38,951 nucleotides of DNA from NCBI RefSeq assembly GCF_004010195.1, contig NW_025215104.1:1-38951 (forward strand), written 5' to 3'. The DNA comes from Chiloscyllium plagiosum. Its lineage: Eukaryota. The notes under the pieces were generated by a model. It was not told the DNA's origin. It searched no databases and worked only from the letters and a program-made list of their open reading frames with translations. Made by a program: the position numbers and the translations under genes. Shown one piece after another: positions 34,104-38,951 of this stretch (positions are counted from its first letter, which is position 1; each line of letters opens with the position of its first letter).

Positions 34104-34550
34104 ATAGAGATGTACAGCACAACCAGTCCAAGCTGACCAGATTTTCTACCCTAATCTAGTCCCATTTGCCAGTACGTGGCCCGTATCCCTCTAAACTCTT
34201 CCTGTTCATATGCTCATCCACTTGCCTTTTAAATGTTGTAATTTTACCAGCCTCCACCACTTCCTCTGGCAGCTCGTTCCACACATACATCATCTTCTGC
34301 ATGAAAACATTGCCCCAAAGGTTCCTTTTAAATTGTTTCCCTCTCACCCTAAACCTATGCCTTCTCGTTCTGGACCATCCACCGCAGGCAAAAGACCTTG
34401 TGTATTTACCCTATCTATGCCCCTCATGATTTTATAAATCCCTATAAGGTCAACCCTCAGCCTCTGACGCTCCAGGGAAAACACCAACCTATTTACCCTC
34501 TCCCTGTAGCTGAAACTTTCCAACCCTGGCGACATTCTTGTAAACTTTTA
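34104..34550 (-). mobile_element. CR1 3' end
   Basis: PGLESFSYRERVNRLVFSLERQRLR; VWNELPEEVVEAG; tail atagagatgtacagc. Confidence 0.88.
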
Positions 34551-35060
34551 AGAATGTTTTTGATTAGAGTGCCAGAACAACCAGAATCAATAGATGTGTT
34601 TGCGACGGCTTTATTTACTCAGTTCAAAGGCCTGTGAGTTGAATCAGATTACATATTCACTGATGTGAGACACAATTGTGTGTGGTGTCACAAATGACCA
34701 AGTCAGAGTCATATTACTCCGACAGCCGATTCTCACATTAACCAGTCCAATAGATACTCGTGGAGCTGGCGAAATGAGCAGAGTTAAATAAAAGCACTGC
34801 ATCAAAATGTAGAATTACTTGTCCACAAAGAATATTATTACTCTAAGAACACTAACTTTCCAGCGCCTGAGACATGTCCTGCTCAGGGATTGGCACAACA
34901 TCTCTGCCTTTCCTTGGCTTTTTTGCACTTTGATGCCTCAACCAGAACCTAATAGTTCACAGTTTCACAGTGCCTGGTTAATTATCGCAGACATAAGCCA
35001 GGCAGCTTATTGTTGTGAAGGTGATAAGTCAAGGAGCTGGACTGTCAGGCACTTGGAGCA

Positions 35061-35238
35061 TCATGGAATGCCCTGCCAGTAGTAGTGGTGGACCCCCCCT
35101 CTTTATGGGCATTTAAGCGGGCATTGGATAGGTATATGGAGGATAGTGGGTTAGTATAGGTTAGGTGGGCTTGGATCGGCGCAACATCGAGGGCCAAAGG
35201 GCCTGTACTGCGCTGTATTCTTCTATGTTCTATGTTCT
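35061..35238 (+). mobile_element. Short young CR1 3' end
   Basis: Nearly identical to 20302-20478, ends ctatgttctatgttct. Confidence 0.9.
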
Positions 35239-35859
35239 AAAGCAGCAAACACACTGCACGTGCTTTATCCAAATTGTCACGTCTCAAGGCCTCAGGGTAC
35301 CAGCTCTCAGTCAGGGTAAGAGAGACAGGATTCATTCATGAGATTCTGGCACAGTATGTCCAGGGACTTTGACATTGTTTGGGACAATCAGGATCAAGGA
35401 ATCTGTTTCACTACAGTCCAGAGAGGTGGCCACACAAACTACTCATAACATCCCCGAAATGATCCGGTAGATTTTTCGATCCGGAATTCCCGTTCACCAA
35501 TTCATGCTGACTCCGTCCGTTCCTGTTTTTGGGAATCAGATCGATTAAGTTCTCAAGGAGGGTTTTGGGGGTCCCTGCAGTAGCAGTGAAGTTGGGGGAA
35601 GTCAGTTCTGGGCACTGCCTCTTGTAGCAGAGTGGACAGGATTTGTGGAAGGGGCGGGAAAGTTGCCATATTAGAGTTAAAGGGAGACAAGGACGTGGGT
35701 TACTGTGGAAGTGCGAGTTACCATCACTGTCCTAGTTTTGAAGTGGGGATAGTGCAGCGTGATGTTGTTATGGAAATCTACAGGCCTTGGGCTTGGGGAT
35801 GGGTAATGTTATGAAGTGAAGTTTATAAATGTAAGTGCTGTGTGGGAAAGTACAGACGC

Positions 35860-36385
35860 TCATGGACCTGACGCACAGTGCAAGGAAGGAAGGAGAGTTA
35901 AGATGTCATGTTGCAGCTTTGTGAGACTTTCGTTTGGTTTCCCCTAAAGTGTTGCATTTAATTCCGGTCGCTACATTATAGAGAGGATGTGGAGGGTGCG
36001 GAAGTCGTTTCCCAAGATGCTGCTTGTATTAGAGAGTGTGAGCTATGAGGAGACTCTAGAAAAAACTCAGACTGTTTTCCTTGGATCAGCGGAGTCTGAG
36101 TGGAGACTCCGTAGAAGTCTGTAAAATTATGAGATGCATCAATAGAGTTGACAGTCAGAATCTCTTTCCCAGAATTGAAATGTCTTGAACTATGGAACAT
36201 ACATTGAAGGTGAAAGTGGGAAAGTTCAAACCAGATGTGGGGCAAGATTTTTATTCCACAGAGAGTGGTAGGTGTCTGGAACGTAATGTCAGTAATGGTA
36301 GTGAAGGCACATATGATAGGGGTGTTTCAGGGGCTTTAAGCCCCAGAAGCAGATGGATGTGCAAGGAATAGAGGGATATGGAGCA
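35860..36385 (+). mobile_element. Degenerate CR1 3' fragment
   Basis: agctatgaggagactctag..ctgttttccttggatcagcggagtctgag..cacagagagtggtaggtgtctggaacg. Confidence 0.7.
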
Positions 36386-36765
36386 AGTGACCATCAGCCA
36401 GCTGGAACGAACAGTTACTAAATAAATGAAGACAGAGGTGAATGCATTTGCAGGAATGGTGGACAGCAACCTTATCGAAAACATAGACTAGAAATCAGAC
36501 AGTGTCATGATTTTTGTATTGGTCAGGAGTTCTCTCACTGCCATGGAGACCAGGGAACGTTCTGAAGAGACTGTGTTTCCCCATGGACAGCATCACAATT
36601 CTCACTAAGTTCGAGAGCAGGTCAGGAAAATGCAAGCAGAAATATAGCACAGGGCTCGTTTCCAACTTTTGTTTGGAGTTAAACCTTTCCTTTGATAAAT
36701 TGAAATATTATATTGTTTCCAATAAACAAATATCGATTTGGAGCTGGAATACCTGTGGAAGAGTA

Positions 36766-37081
36766 GATTAGATTAGATTAGATTACAGTGTGGAAACAGG
36801 CCCTTCGGCCCAACAAGTCCACACCGACCCGCCGAAGCGAAACCCATCCATACCCCTACATTTACCCCTTACCTAACACTATGGGCAATTTAGTATGGCC
36901 AATTCACCTGACCCTGCACATCTTTGGACTGTGGGAGGAAACCGGAGCACCCGGAGGAAACCCACGCAGACACGGGGAGAACGTGCAAACTCCACACAGT
37001 CAGTCGCCTGAGGCGGGAATTGAACCCGGGTCTCTGGCGCTGTGAGGCAGCAGTGCTAACCACTGTGCCACCGTGCCACCC
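36766..37081 (-). mobile_element. Full-length young HE1-type SINE
   Basis: Head gggtggcacggtggcacagtgg, B box ggttcaattcc, V-domain, (taatc)n tail, possible TSD agta. Confidence 0.93.
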
Positions 37082-38371
37082 AGTAATAGGAACTGCAATT
37101 TTAATGGTGTGAAGACGTATTAACCAGGCGCTGAAAGACACATAAAAAGCCATATGATCTGAATGCAATTTCCCGAATTATAGACCATTCCACGCTCAAT
37201 GTTCACAATTCAGTTTGCTCAATAAAGGATTCCCCTCCATCTCCAATTCTTATAGTCGGCCCATTGTTTTAGTCTGTCCTCCTAAACTGAAGATATGCTC
37301 TCTGAATAGATAAGCAGATTTATCATTCAAGTCAGCTGACCCTCAGTGACTATGAACTCAAAACTTTAATCCTAAATGTACCTCTCCAGATGCTACACCA
37401 CTTCCTGCAGAATCCACAATATTTTACGTTTCTTTTTGATTTAGAATCTAGCTTGCACCCTTAACAATTGCTCCTGATCAATTACTTTTTTCTATTCACT
37501 GCCTACTTATCCCACTTCAAAAAATGTTGATGAAATTTCGTTGAGCTAAAATGTTCACTGTGTGTATTCGCACCTGCCTGATCTGTTGAGTATTTCCGAG
37601 AATTAAGCCTTAAACATCGGCAAAGTCTCACAACGTCAGTCTATGTAAAGGTTTCCAGAATCAGCTGAAGATTTCTCCAGAACCAACCAGTAATCTATGG
37701 AAAGGTGATGTGCTCGCTCTCCTGGAATCGTTTGGTTTAAGTCCATTGGGAGACATTTCACATTAATTCTGTCAGATCAATGCTATTATTGATTCAATTC
37801 AAATTCAATCATTGATCAGACCGATTTTTATTTACGCATGATCTCCATCAGTGTATCAGGATCTCAGCATTATTCGCGTTTTTGGTCAGCATTGAGTCCA
37901 AGGTCATTAATATTCATTGCATAAAATTTCTTCCTCACGTTCTCCCTGTGCAACATCCCCAAACTGATATAAATCTCCTTTAATCCTTTAACGGTCAGCT
38001 AATGGAAACAGCTTCACTTTATTTACCTTCTGTTAACCAATCATAAACTAGTGCTCCCACTCTGCCAAATCTCCCCTCAATGCCGATTTCTACAACCTAA
38101 CTTCTTCACTGGAATTTATCATTCTCCAAACCATCCTGGTAAATCTCCTGGGTCCACTGTCAGGAACCCTGTCATCCTTCCCAGTGTGTGGGGATCTCCA
38201 GTTTGCACAGACCGAGATGCTCTGTGTCCCTCTGGGTGATGTCATCACACAGTGACAATAATACGATGACATCACCCCATCCTGGGCATTCCCTCAGATT
38301 TAAGGGTTTTCTCAGACACCAGAGTTCGGATAGCTTTCCAGTTGCAGAGTCCACATGAAACTTAGCAGATT

Positions 38372-38730
38372 TTTTTCAAAAAAGTGAAATTCTTTCATTG
38401 CGTTTTGACGTTTTATTCACAATATTTTTCTTTTTGTCCTGTGCTCTGTTCCATGTGTAATGTTCCATGACTCTGTGGCTGTGATGTCTCCTTACTGTTG
38501 ATCTGACTGTACGTTCATCCATTGCTCTGTCTGACCCGTACAGTTCCTGATTTTTCAAAAAAGTGAAATTCTTTCATTGCGTTTTGACGTTTTATTCACA
38601 ATGTTTTTCTTTTTGTCCTGTGCTCTGTTCCATGTGTAATGTTCCATGACTCTATGGCTGTGATGTCTCCTTACTGTTGATCTGACTGTACGTTCATCCA
38701 TTGCTCTGTCTGACCCGTACAGTTCCTGAT
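38372..38730. repeat. Near-perfect 179-bp tandem duplication
   Basis: 38372-38550 vs 38551-38729, two substitutions seen. Confidence 0.95.
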
Positions 38731-38951
38731 CACCACATTGCCATTGCCTCCCGTCCACTGTCTTTAATAATGAGTGTATTTTAGCTCAGTTAGGAATTTA
38801 ACTACGGCTTATTGCAACTGTGTTGAAATGAGTTTCCCCCACTGCTCATGTGTTGCTAATTTACAATTTTTTATCTTCCCTCAGTTTCTCTCCAATCACA
38901 TTTTTTTCCTTACACTACAGTGCATTTCTCTTATGTTTCTGAGCTTATAGT

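Noticed and set aside
38466..38550. C/D-box snoRNA in the 179-bp duplication
   Set aside because: Only an imperfect C box (gtgatgt) with scattered CTGA, no terminal stem and no host gene evident

Overview
Repeat-dense vertebrate genomic DNA, almost certainly from a shark or other cartilaginous fish. The evidence is HE1-type V-SINEs, abundant CR1 LINEs with an SGNH-esterase ORF1, Penelope-like elements (PLEs) and a GPR139-like GPCR. No intact host protein-coding gene is visible. The only host-gene remnants are a two-exon GPR139/GPR142-family GPCR pseudogene (minus strand, 11747-15090) and an internally deleted U2 snRNA pseudogene (33516-33668). The rest is nested retroelement debris (CR1, other CR1/L2-group LINEs, Rex/Babar, Tx1/L1, Neptune- and Poseidon-type PLEs, SINEs) plus minisatellites. 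The most notable structures are: (i) about ten minimal hammerhead-ribozyme-like motifs carried by PLE ends, including a TSD-flanked fold-back mini-element; (ii) an old inverted segmental duplication (~3680-9935 vs ~24985-27742) whose arms carry different later insertions; (iii) a hairpin in a CR1 5' end in which a U1-like sequence pairs with a splice donor. Repeat-family names come from motif recognition by eye and boundaries are approximate.
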